Source: Phoronis australis
Taxonomy: Eukaryota > Animalia > Phoronida
Direction of reading: 5' to 3'
DNA length: 64,000 nt
Assembly: GCA_002633005.1 (NCBI GenBank)
Contig: NMRA01000828.1
Span: 1-64,000, forward strand
Positions 1 to 12,600 of the stretch are shown in pieces (the first letter of the stretch is position 1; every line of letters begins with the position of its first letter). The notes below the pieces were generated by a model that made no database searches, was not told the DNA's origin, and saw only the letters and a list, made by a program, of their open reading frames with translations. The position numbers and the translations under genes were made by a program.

Positions 1-689
1 CCTCAATAACGCGCATGCGCAAAAGGGTCAGAGTGGGAAGAAATTTCACGGGGAAGAAATTTCACGCGACACCGGCCCAAACTTTTTAGACAAATAAAAA
101 TTTATGAAAAAGACTTCGCCGGATAACAGAGAAATGATAAGTCGGTCTGTGTTGCAGTATTTTAATCATTTGCGGAGGTTGGGAAAAGAGAAAATATATA
201 GCTAATAATTTTTGAAAATGGCTAAAAGTTTTCAGATGATTTAGCCACTTTGGCTTATAAGTCTAGCGTACAGTTGTAACTACCCATTTTGCGCGGCCAG
301 CCAGGCGCCGCAGCACCGGCCAGCCCCGGCAAACCATGCTGCTGAAGTCAGTTTTTAACTCTACACCCTTTGGCGAAACTATTATTTGCAATTCAGTTTA
401 AAACAAACCTGATTCAACGTTTCCGTTTGTCCGTCGGACTACGTGTAACTCACGATAGCCACGCCCAATAATTTTTTCCAAGAAAAACAATAACGTACGT
501 ATTGCCACCTGGTGGTGATTAAGAAAATTACTTTTTTCTAGTTAGCATCGTAATCAAGCTATTTAACAAACAACAACAACAAAAACAACAAAAACAGCAG
601 AATTTCAGTGTTATTTCTGTCCAAAATATGTTGAATTGCGAATATGAAGGATAAACTGCTTTTAAATCGTGTTGATGTTTTTCACCTGA

Positions 690-738
690 AACGGAAGTCA
701 GCCATGTTAAATATTTGTGTATGTTGGAAACGGTGAGT
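690..738 (+). promoter_or_regulatory. Candidate ZBBX promoter or first exon
   Basis: CGGAAGT (ETS-like) next to GCCATGTT (YY1-like), in a relatively CpG-rich region, followed by a strong donor CG|GTGAGT at 733. The exon at 9569 has an acceptor and so needs an upstream exon. Confidence 0.35.
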
Positions 739-1599
739 GACTCTTTTAAAAAGTATTAACTCGTGGATCCTTGGTTGATGTTACAGGTTAGACAACCCCT
801 GTCAATGTAGAAAAACTTTTGGTTTTTGTTGGAGCAAAACAAACAGGCTCGGGGGGCTTTACTCTTTTATTGTCAGAATATGTAGCANGCCTGATAAGAG
901 TGAAGGTGGATAAATGCGGTGTTCCTACAGTTTCTTGTTTTAGTGGATGTGTTCACGACATGATTTAATTCTCAGATTATGCTTCAAGTAAGATTCTATG
1001 AAATGTCCGATATTTAGGTTCCGTCCGATAATTAGGTACCCTATGTGTAGTAGTAGGTAAACTGAAATAACAAAAAAACTATGTTCAAGTTTACACGTTG
1101 CATTTCTACCATGTATATACAGTAACAATTAGGAGGACAACGCTCAAAAAAAAAGATGACGGGCATAGGGTAGACATTAATAGCAAGCGTTCAAAACATT
1201 AAGTATACCTAAGAGAACATGGAAAACTAATAGTATACTAATGAATGCAAATAAACTGGATTATAAGAAACATGAGTTCTTACGCCAATATCGCCCCAAG
1301 TCCAACCAAATTCCGTAGAAAATAATTATGTACATTGACGTTTATCCACCATAAAACTTTTGTGGAATGGCGTTCAAAAAGGGCGGTACGCAAATAAATA
1401 GAGAGAGCGACATGTGGCACACAAACTACACAGTAGCAATTAGTCTTTTCATATGGCGGGAAACAAGCGTATTCGTACGCCTAAATCGGAATAACATAAC
1501 ATAACATAACATAACATGGCAGTCTGCAGTAACAGTTTTCATTGCTGCATTTAGGCAATGGTCTCTAAGCAAACAATCGGTTCTCGTCAACTTTGTCAG

Positions 1600-3722
1600 C
1601 AGGGCTCGACATAAAGAGCTGTAGGTCACATTTGCAACCTGAAATTTGGAAATGCGAGCTGAGATTTTTGTCAGCTCGTATCAAGTCGCAAAATGCGACC
1701 TGGAATTTCCAACGAATGCGAGCTGTCAGTTTTTACACTTCTCAACAGATACCTGGCAAATACAAATCACCTCTTGTTAATCCGACCGTTATTTGGTTGT
1801 TGCCAAATCCAAGTTCAAAAGAACGCTAACTGAGAACAGCCCTTCTGATGACTTTTAAGCAAGTCACGTGAACATGAGATATGCAGAATCGATCTTTGAC
1901 ACGTTTCATTGGCTAACACTTTCGGCCACTTTTGTAAATTCCCGGATTCGCTGAAGAAAGTTTCGGGCCCTGCACTGCTTAACACGTGATAAAACTTCAT
2001 AAAACAACAGTGCATGTTTCTACTAATTCTTAAGCGATCAACTTACCAAACTTTGTGGTGGACAAAAATGTTTATTTTTCACATAAGATGTCCATATTAC
2101 ATGTACATACCAAATATCATACAACAATGTCCCTGATATCGCACTGCGGCACCGTTAGCACGCAAGCGGTCCCGACAGACAATCGTGACTTAGACTGAGA
2201 TGTGCTTCTCCTTTTTATCATATTAAGATAGCCAAAGTGAAAATGACAACCTTATTAATCGCCAAACGTCGGTCACGTCTTTACTTTCAGTTGCCAAGAA
2301 ATTCTCAAACCCAATTGTTTCTGGGACTTACGTACGCGAAATATGATTTGTCTTTCACACGTTGTTGCCAACGTAAAGTGTAGGCCTACTCCAGCGATTC
2401 AAGTGCGTGAACTCACGTGTGCGCACCACTTCAAAGAACAGCGACAGTGGTAAAAGAGTATACCGGCTTGGCTCTGGTTTATTTGAAAATGAACTCAGAT
2501 TCCCAGCGGTTATGAAAGACCCGATGTCCCGGGACCGATATAACCCAGAACTGACGTTTTCCTGTTCCGATGTTTCCCGAGGTCGATCTTCTGTAAACCC
2601 TGTATTCTATGCCCGTAGCCAGCTATTGCAACTAAACTGGCACTAGATGCGAAATTGTGGTTCAAGTTAGCGAACTTTTCATTCTTCTCTTTATACCCCC
2701 CCCGCAAATTTTCGCTCCCCGAACCACCGTCGCCGTAAAATGTTCAGACTCCTATAGAAACAACCTTGTTCCAGCTGAAGTGAGCAGTTGAAAACAAAAT
2801 TATTCCAGGTGGCTAAAAAGGGTACAATGTAGGTGGTAACGATATATCCAGAAAGTCACCCCTACTAGATGGAGTTTGCCTCGCAAAATCGTATTATAAT
2901 GTTTCTTACCTTTGCAGCGTTTTAATATCTTATTACCGCTAACACTAAGATTAACGACTATGCTCACGCACAAGCCTACTCCCTACCTTTAAAGTGTTTC
3001 ATAATAACCGCTCACTGATCTATTAAAGTCGCCCCTAAAATTTTGAGAATTTCCAATTAAACACCCACAGTTCAAGCTAGCGCCCATCATAGCAGACCAC
3101 AAATGACCGCGTGTGGTTTAAAATTGACACGCAGCTTATATGGTGTGTCACTTTCATTTTACACAACTTCAGTTTTCAAAAACGTCTTTTCACAATATGT
3201 AAAAACCAAATCCCAGCTTTGTTTTATACCTCGGAAAGAAAGTTAACTCTAGTGACATGCGTGTCGTTTTGTGACTGACCTATTTTTCCCGTATTTGGAA
3301 GGTATTGAGGAGCAAACTCGCATTTACCCGAGTTAGTTTGAATCGTTAACGACTTTGACAACCAGTAGCAGGCCAGATCTAACAAAATCCCGGATACTTT
3401 TTCAACGGGCTTTTTCCCCCTTTTCACATTGCAAATTTAGCTACTCGAATGCACAAGTCGGCAACTTGCCTTGCGCTCTAGAGTCTTTTAATGGCAGTTG
3501 TGAAGAACAGTAAGGTCATACCTGCATGAATGTAGTCAATTTTTAAATCCGAAATTTGTGAGTATTTAACGCTGCAGGTAAGAGCATAATCTAAACATTT
3601 TCTCGATGATCTAAAAAATCTATTTTGGCGCGTAAAAATGGCGGGAAAATTTTGCGACCTGGCATCTACGAATGAGAGCTAGATTTTGAAAATGCGACCT
3701 GGGATTTTGGCTAGGTCGCAAG
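1600..3722. mobile_element. hAT-like non-autonomous element (CAGGGCTCGAC terminus), right end apparently truncated
   Basis: Starts CAGGGCTCGAC at 1600, with subterminal GCGACC/GGTCGC motifs. Positions 3467-3722 match 35781-36030, which ends in the inverted terminus GTCGAGCCCTG. Confidence 0.6.
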
Positions 3723-3760
3723 ATTGTCAGGCCGTCACGTACCGTCACAGAGTGTTTAAA

Positions 3761-5177
3761 AGTATCTTAAAAACAGCATATTTCACTAATCCACTTTTTT
3801 GTGCATTTTTGGGACATATTTTCGAAAATATTCATCGTTCAGATTTACTCAAACACAAGCTCCAGGGGTAGCTTGACCAATATATCAAAATGTCCCAGGG
3901 TCGATCAAGTTTTGTAAGGCCAAAGTAATAAAATACAGAGAGATAATTGATGCTGGGTTCTTAGTGTTTTACGTGAACAACCTCATTGAAAGCGTCATCA
4001 GAGTTGGGTGCAAAACAATAATTTATTTCAATTGAAATTGAATTAATAAACAATGCAATGCATTTTGATGTCATCTAGAGTAACTGTAAGCACTGTAGTT
4101 GACTTGTGTGGTCTTACTTCGTGCATTTCCGTCTAAACGAAACGGTCACAACTTCAGGGCCTCATTCAAAATGGCCGGCGATATCAGCGACTGTTTCAAA
4201 ACTCTGCTTATGGAGACAAACAAGGATTAAGAGTGTCAAAATACGTATATTTGTGAAGGCTGATATATGTCCATGACATCACATGAGCAGTTGCTAACGG
4301 ACATTGGGTAGTATGACAATCAGCGGCTTATTATGCTTATATTCACGACTTCAGGTCACCGGTGTGTACAGTATTGTCAGAGGTCCTAACCAAGTTGTGA
4401 GTGCCCTAAAGTTGTGAAGGATCTTATTTCCTCTTCTGCACGGTCCCGCGACATCTGGCGTTGAAGTTTCCAGCGTTCGTCTACTTATGAACGTCAAACG
4501 AATACCCAGATGTGTTGGTATACAATATGATAACAAACAGTGAGTGAGTGGCTTCTTTTTTTTCAGATGTGTCTTAAAAGCAGCATATTTCCCTAATCTA
4601 CTTTTTTGTGTATTTTTGGGATATGTTTTCGAAAATATTCATCGTTCAGATTTACTCAAACACGCGCTCCAGGGGTAGCTTGAACAATGTATCAAAATGT
4701 CCCAGGGTCGATCAACTTTTGTAAGCCCAAAGCAATAAAATACAGAGATATAATTGATGCTGGGTTCTTAGTGTTTTATGTGAACAACCTCATCGGAAAA
4801 TGTCTGTGCACATCAAAGTTGGGTTCAAATATATAACAATTTATTTCGATTGAAACTGAATTAATAAACAATGCAATGTCGTCTAGAGTAACTATAAGCA
4901 CTGTAGTTGACTTGTGTGGTCTTACTTCGTGCATTTCCGTCTAAACGAAACGGTCACGACTTTAGGGCCTCATTCAAAATGGCTGGCAATATCAGAGACC
5001 GTTTCAAAACTCTGCTTTCGGAGACAAGGATTAAGATTGTCAAAACACATATATTTGTGAAGGCTGATATACGTCCATGACATCACATGAGCAGTTGCTA
5101 ACAAAATCGGGTAGTATGACAATCAGCTGCTTATTATGCTTATATTCACAACTTTAGGTCACCGCTGTCTATAGTAT
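3761..5177. repeat. Diverged direct duplication of about 610 bp (3761-4374 and 4570-5177)
   Basis: Colinear, highly similar blocks with scattered substitutions and indels; no N between them. Confidence 0.85.
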
Positions 5178-5818
5178 ACTCAAGTCCCAACAACGAGACA
5201 CGTAACCCGTCTGCGGTATTTACAGACACGCTTGATCCTTGGCGCTCAAGTTTGCCTAAATTTTGCAAATTGGAGCACTCGATTTGGCGATCTGAAGGTT
5301 GCTAATGAGACCTCAGATTGTTTTTGGCGTCCTGGAAAAAATTTCAAGTCGGCACCATGAGTATCAAAGTCAGAAAGTAAATCCCTCTAAATTTGTTTCA
5401 AAGTTCGCGTTGGCTTCCAAACTTTTAACTTCTAGCAACAATTTTCCTAGATTCATTACCTTAGATTTACAATTATTCTGTGTATTTCTTGAAATCAGGC
5501 GCACATCAAACTCTTACATTACAAGAATAAGTAAACAGATGGAAATGAGAATCATTCGGCAAAATTTGGGCAAGATCAGCGAAATGTGCACCATCAGTGT
5601 ATGTGATCGATGGTGTCTTATGGTGGGAGGAATTGAGTTAGAGAATGAAGGTGCAATTACTGGGAGAGATATGTGTAAGATTCTGAGAATGGGGCATGGT
5701 ACAACCAAATGATATTTACGCTGGATCAGCAACCTCAAATTTTATTTCGCAACCTCAAATTGCGTTTAGCGACCAGAACTTTTTCATGGCCAGGTTGCCA
5801 AATGGTACTTGGGGTTAA

Positions 5819-7505
5819 AGGAGAATGCCACCCAAAAAACAACCTATTTTGTATCAATTTAGATCGAGTAGTTCTACTCGATAACGGCACGTTTGGTTAC
5901 ATTACCTGACACCTGACGGCAGACGGAGGTGTTGAAATTATCCCCAATGACGACATTGGTTTCACACTTAGTCTATTCAGCAGTTCACAACACAGGTTAG
6001 TGGTGTCAGCTTATGGAGTGAATTCATCGTTTAACACCAATAAATCATCATACTTCGATGTAAAACCCTTAGAAATACACTGAGTTCTTATAAAAACGTG
6101 TTGTTTTTATTTTGCTGTTATGGATTTATTGGTATTTGGACACACCGTTGGCTACAAAGTTCGGCAGGACAATTTACTAAGGTCCGTAGCAGGAGTTTGA
6201 GGTCTTCAGAGATAAATTCGAAGTATTCTTCCATGAAATACAGACAAGAGAACCTAGATCTGTGTTGCTTAGACTTGTGATTTTTTGAGTTCTAAACACA
6301 CAAAATGTTTGTTATCCCGGCCAGTGGCTCGGAACCCGATCAGCCTGCCCAGTGAGGCCTGTCGCGGCCGGACTGACTCGTTATCCGGGCCCGTGGCACG
6401 AACATAAGCCAGCTTGAGTTGCAAACTAAACGTCCAGTCACGAAAAGACTATAATAGTAATCCAAAGAAATAATGTGCACCACGTTATTATATATGTGAA
6501 ATAGCCACGAAACTGAAAATCTGCTTACTTGTCGGGGGCCGCAAAGTCGGGTTCTCTTCCACAGACCGTCAGGGCAAAGGTTGTACAGTAACAATGATTT
6601 GAGTAATGTATTTGTATTTCTAAATAAAGATTCCCCAAACATGTGACCATAGCATATAAAATCGAGTAATTGTTTCACAACAGCTTTCTGTCAGCAAGCA
6701 CTGAATTAGCATGCGCTCACACGGCCTCGGTGCACAGTCAATTACCTTTATTGTCGGCATCAAAAGCTGGTAATGCAGTGGTTTATTCATTGTTGGCTTC
6801 TCAACATTTGCACTCATAAATACTGCAAAGGCATTACAAATTGTATCTAATGAGACAGACTTTGTTTCAGTTTTATACAAGCATTGGTTAGGATGAGAAT
6901 AATTCACTTTGAAACAGAACGCAGAATAATAAACGTCTGCATGCCCGGCTCCAATCCCGACTTAGTCAAGAGCTCATCTGACGAAGACTTCACGGGTCGG
7001 ATTGTTAGGTTTCACAGGCTTTCAGTTCGAACCAGAATACACTGATCAAGAAATACTAGAGAGGCGCCGTAAACGTGCACAGGCAACGGAATGTACGGAT
7101 AGTTCTTTGGTAAGCCGGAATTCGTCAGAGAAATCACTGTTGACCAAATGCCGGCCACAGGCACGGAGATGTTTCATGTCCTCATGCTTGCTATTAACAG
7201 CGTACTTTTCATTCTTCACTACCGCGAGCCACTTCCTAAGCATTTTGGGCTCTCGAGGAAGTCGAAAAAATGATACAGTCGCTTTCTTCACAGCTTCATA
7301 GTTCGGACAAGCGGGAACGATGCACCGCAATGTAGAGGCATTCACTCTGCAGACGAACCACTGACGTCGCTGCGTCGTTTCTCACCTTCCTCACAGGTTA
7401 ACGCGACACCTCTCGGCAAGGTGAGGTCAACCATATAAGAGGCGATGTGGGTGTAGACTGATTAAGACGGTAAAAACGACTAATTAAATCGGGTGGCATT
7501 CTCCT
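5819..7505. mobile_element. Non-autonomous Kolobok DNA transposon (internal-deletion derivative)
   Basis: TTAA on both sides (5815-5818, 7506-7509); TIR AGGAGAATGCCACCC / GGGTGGCATTCTCCT. THAP-domain remnant on the minus strand (CIVPAC...FFRLP...RKW...CGRH, about 7130-7330) converges on a KolX-like start on the plus strand (FQFEPEYTDQEI). Confidence 0.85.
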
Positions 7506-8149
7506 TTAAGCTAAGTGCCAAGTGCTGAATTAAAATCTTACATGTGATAGTTACAAAATACAGTTATGTACCAGCTGTGCTAATGAACACAAGAAAACTC
7601 ATAGAGAAGTCTGTTGTTTATGCGGAAATCTCTACATATTCCAGTCAAATGTCTTAATTGGCCATTTTATCACTGAGTAACTGCCATAAGTAATTGATGT
7701 ACTGATTTGTGGAAATATGTCAAAAGTTAAACTACACTGTACTGACATAGTTGTATGTAATTTTATTCTGAAAACAGGAATCGTGTTTTTAATGACGGAT
7801 TTCTTTAATTTGTTATTTCAAATTTTTGTGAATTAACATGTACAGAACAAGATGATTATGTTATAAGACAGGTGTGTTTTGAAACAACTGTTAGGTACCA
7901 GTGCACATTCCAAAATTCTTTGAAAACTGCTGTTGGCGAAAACTGCAAGAGGAGCAGGAGCCAACTCACTCATGAGTAGCACTGGTATCTGACTTGACCA
8001 GTGTAGAACATCACAGAGATAAAAAAATAGTTGTGGACTGGGTGATCAACTAAAGGCTAAGAACAGGTAGTTACAGTAGCTTTACATAGCATGTGCAGTA
8101 TTAAGACAAATAACAGATGGTGCCTGCTAGGTCTATAGATTACGCACAA

Positions 8150-9180
8150 CACTCCCTTAATTGAAAGCAGGCCCACCCACAAGTCCAAGACCAGGTATCG
8201 CAATGCACCATGAATGAACAATCTTTAACACAACAGTCCCAGGTTTGTTGCCCCATGCAAATGTGCAGTCCTTCCCGGTGCCTTTGTGAAAATTTCTGCA
8301 TGATAGTCAGCAGATTGAGTGTACTTGAATATAATGTTCTGCTGTTCCCTCATGAAGTCAGTGATAATGGACATCGGTGTGCTTGGTTCTTCTTCTTTGA
8401 TGTTGCTTGACCAATTCTTTTGTGAGTGAGTGCAACCGCATCCTGATTATTAGAGTAGATTACTGACATTTCAGGTAATGGTAGTCCTAAATAGTTTGTT
8501 GGTGATCTATTAAGATATTGCCTTTGTGGCCTCGGTCAATGCCACAGCTCGGGCTCGCACGAGAAGAGTGTCACAGCCGGTTGTTTTCTGTTTTCCACGA
8601 AATTGGCAACGATTCAGCAAAACCGAACACATCCAGTTGTTGGCCTCCAGCCACTCGTGTCAACAGCCCAATCAGAATCGTTTTAACCGGTGATCGAAAA
8701 TATGGACGGCATATATGTTAATCCCTATGATTTTGTCCCATGTCGGTAACGTAACACCCGATTTATGGCCACGATGTGTGTACGTCTGGATTTGTTCAGG
8801 AATTGACAACATCGATAGTGACCAGCTGATGTATGGCCGCACAGTTAAAATAAATGAGCCTCTCCACCTTCTGTCTGTAGGAGTATCGGTAGTCCAAATT
8901 ATCTCCAGTTGTTGATGTTCGTTTCATTGCGGAATCAATTTGTATTGCTACAGGTTTGCCTTTGCTTATATGTCGATCTACTGAAGTATAGCTCTGATGT
9001 TGTACTCCTCATTTGCAGTGTAGCAATTATCCAAGGTGCATTTAAAGTCTATGCCTTGAAACCATACAAACTTACCTAACTGGTCATCCATCTTGAATCT
9101 TTCTCCGAGTTGTGATTTAATGACTGTTATTTCCTTTTCACAGCTGCTGGCGATCACGTTGTCCACCCAAAGTAACTAAG
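8150..9180 (-). mobile_element. Degenerate Ty1/Copia RT-RNase H fragment
   Basis: Minus-strand translation shows WVDNV..., F(K)MDD.LG..WF.GIDF, DSDWA.D...RPTTG and RKQPAVTL.SCE.E, with stops and frameshifts. Confidence 0.8.
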
Positions 9181-9589
9181 GGTACTTTTAGTGTCGCGAT
9201 GGGCATGGGTCATTTTTATGTGACCACATTTTTTGTGGGTGCACGTTTCCATCATGTCTGACTGAGGATCTGTCATCCGCAGCTGTATCTTCTAAACTCC
9301 TTACAGGATCTTGATAAGATTCGGCAGATGTGTTTCTATGAAGCTGACGACGCATGACGATGAATTTTGGTGTGAGCCTAGTGGCAATTTTAGTTTTTTA
9401 CGTTTACCTCTGTATTTCCAAAGGTCCTCGACAGATTTACATGTGAATTCAGTGGTTTGAAGAAATGAATCAATTTCAATATTCCAAAACAGCATTAGAT
9501 TCCCAAAACTTTTGGTCATTTTAGCCACTATGTTGACTTTTAATTACCTTATCCTGTCTCCATTTCAGAAGTCACTTGAAGTGAACATC

Positions 9590-9648
9590 ATGTCCGGGTT
9601 TAACAACTACACAAGGAAAGAGGATGTGTCAACGAGACTTAAGGCACA
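9590..9648 (+). CDS. ZBBX: ZBBX coding exon 1 ([19 protein letters not shown])
   Basis: Acceptor catttcAG at 9567-9568, ATG at 9590, donor GTAGGT at 9649. Phase 2 matches exon 2, and STRLKA aligns with ZBBX SVKLKY. Confidence 0.72.
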
Positions 9649-12600
9649 GTAGGTATTTTTTTTCTGTTATTGGAGCATTTACATGGAGAAATTTCCTTTA
9701 AGCATGTGTTATTAATATCACATGTTGGCGCATGTTCATCACCTTCAGTGACGTGTATTCTCAAGCTTGCTATGTACTGTCCACACTGCTTCAGAGCTGA
9801 TGACCAAGCAACATTGTGCTCCAAGTGTGTATTTTTATACTGCATAATGCTAGTACTGGTGTGTTAAGGATTGGTACTTTTACTAAAAAGAGATCACATG
9901 GGAATGTCAGATGTGTCTGTCCCCTAGGGCCCTATTCTTGTCTGTATAGCCCTGCCTTTAACTTGAGTTTCCACAAACACTGGTGAGTCTATCTAATTTA
10001 GAGATTTTCTCAATTCTGGTTGGCATAGCGTGTTTAGTTTTCCCTAGTTTAGCTAAGCAAAGGCCAGTTGTACTCAACAACATAGTTTTTCAAGTGCAAG
10101 ATTAAGTAAACTTACCTTTCTCATCATCATAAAGTATGTTATTTTGTAATTTGTTACGTTACTCAAATAAAGATATGATTTATAGCACTGCATAATGTGA
10201 GCTTAGGGAACTGCTGTACAACCAGCTTAGGGAAACACTGTACAACCAGTTTAGGGAACCACTGTACAACCAGCTTAGGGAACCACTGTACAACCAGCTT
10301 AGGTAACCACTGTACAACCAGCGTAGGGAACCANACAACCAGCTTTGGGAACCACTGTACAACCAGCTTAGGGAACAACTGCACAACCAGCTTAGGGAAC
10401 CACTGCACAACCAGCTTTAGGGAACCACTGCACAACCAGCTTATATAGGTGAACAGTATGCACATGAAGGATTCAGAAAAAATCAGTAAAGTTGAGAAAA
10501 GCAGATAGGGAGCTTTTTGTTTTAAAAAATAAATTGGTATGGTTTGCTCATTTGATATTTTTAAAGCTAAAACTTGGCATAGTAATTATATTTATCGCAG
10601 AAATTTTTCTATTACCGATCAACAAGCCTGGTAATTCAACTCGTCAAGTGATGTATAGCTTTAGTTTGTGAAACTGAGTGGCCATTACTTTATCATATAT
10701 GTGTGGTGTGAGGCTTAGATTTTGGGCTACACTGAATATAGTTTTTTCCAAAAATTATGAAAAATGTTATGTGTGACCAGTGTTCCTGATAAACAGGATT
10801 CTTACAGCTGCAGTTCTTGTACAAAGTGCTAGGTGCCTTGAAACTGGTTGAGTTTCTAATGGTGCGGTGTCAGGGTAGTAAACAGTTTATGTTGTATGAT
10901 TTCTTATTGACGTCAATTTGTGCGCTATACTCGGATATTTCTGAACTACACCTTTGGCCATTAGTGCATCAAAAAATAAAAGGACGTCCCCCCAGACACA
11001 TCTTTTAAAATGCAACACTCTTCCAAAAATGCAAGATTCTAGTCCACTTACAGCCAGTCGAGTAAAACATGACTCTGTTCTTATTTTGACTGCCCTTGGG
11101 GTTTCTGTTTCATATGTTACCACTTTAATTACGCTAAGTCTGCTGGGCACATATTTTTGAAAAAAGGCATACTTTTTTCACCAGGTACTCCCAAAGGGCA
11201 CAGGTTGAAACCTGGTCAGGAATATCCCTGTATACTATAGACCTCAGCTTCAAACAATCAATTGCAACCCTGTTCAAAACGTCTTCAGTTGTGAACTGAC
11301 TTACATTAGAATTAAAACTTGCTCAATTATTTGGAATCATTCTTTATTGAAAAGCATGCTCATGTGTTACCAAAACTACTTTCCATCAAAAAGCTAATTT
11401 TTTGCACCCACATATTTATTATGACGTCATCCCTGTCCGGCGTCCTTTGCTCTTTCTCCAAAAGCCTTTGACATATGTTCATGAAATTTTACACATGTGT
11501 TCCTTTTATAGATGGGACGGTATGAGTGGACTTTTGGACTGGTCCGACTTCCAGTGTGCCCCTTGTGACAATTTTAATTTGTTACGTTTACCTCTGTATC
11601 TTCAAAGGTCCTCGATTTTCATAAAATTTGGCTATAGGCATCTTCTATTAGTGAGACAAAGCTATCCTCTGGTTTTCGGATGGATTGGAGGTATTTTGCG
11701 CCACCTAGTCATTTTTACTGTTTTTGAGTCTATTTTTTGGCATCCGTCCCTCCGTTAACCAAACCACTCTAAGGATGATTGTGAAAATTGGCGTGTATGT
11801 TCTTACTATGAAGAAGACGGCTGACGATAATTTTCTGACGACTTCAACTACTGTGGCACCTCCTACTGGTAATTTTAGGTTTTTACGTATGCCTCTGTAT
11901 CTTCAAAGGTCCTCAATGAAATTTTCATAAAATTTGACACATAGGCATGTATCAGTGAGATGACGCTATCCTCCCATTTTCCGATGGATTCGAGGTATTT
12001 TGCTCCACTTGTAACTATCCATTTTAATGTTTTCGAGTCTGTTACCTGGTGTCCATCCCTCTATCAACCAAACTTTCTGAGGATGTTTGTGGAAATTGGC
12101 AGGTATGTTTTTACTATGAAGAGGACAGCTGACAAAAATTTTCCGACTTCAACTACTGTGGCGCCTCCCAGTGGCAGGTTTGTTATCTTGCACCCGTGGC
12201 TGTATTTCCTTAACACTATGCAGGATCTTTACTAAATTTAGCAAGTATATTGAAGTTGAAAACGGACAATGAAGACTTGTACGGATCTGACTGTGCCCCC
12301 TAGTGGCAATTTTTAGTTGTATCTTCAAATTTAATGTCCTTGACAGATAAGGCATGATGCTGCTATCCTTCCGTTTTGAGATGGATCTGAGATACTTTCT
12401 GCCAGTGGCCATTTTTGCTGTTTTCAAGTCTATTTTTTGACGTCCGCCGCTGCCTTCGTCTGTCCAGTGTCTGCTGACTACCGTGGTGCCTCCTAGAGGC
12501 ATTTTTATGTGTGGCTGTATCTCCTAAACCCTTTGCAAGATTTTTGTTAAATTTGGCAAGTTCATTTCTATGACATGTTAGAATCGATATGACTACTGCT

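Noticed and set aside
7046-7345. Domesticated host THAP gene
   Set aside because: It lies inside a TIR- and TTAA-bounded element, and a decayed copy exists in the second element.
10163-10465. Repetitive ORFs (LVVQWFPK / SLGNHCTT)
   Set aside because: These are translations of a 24-bp minisatellite, with no splice context.
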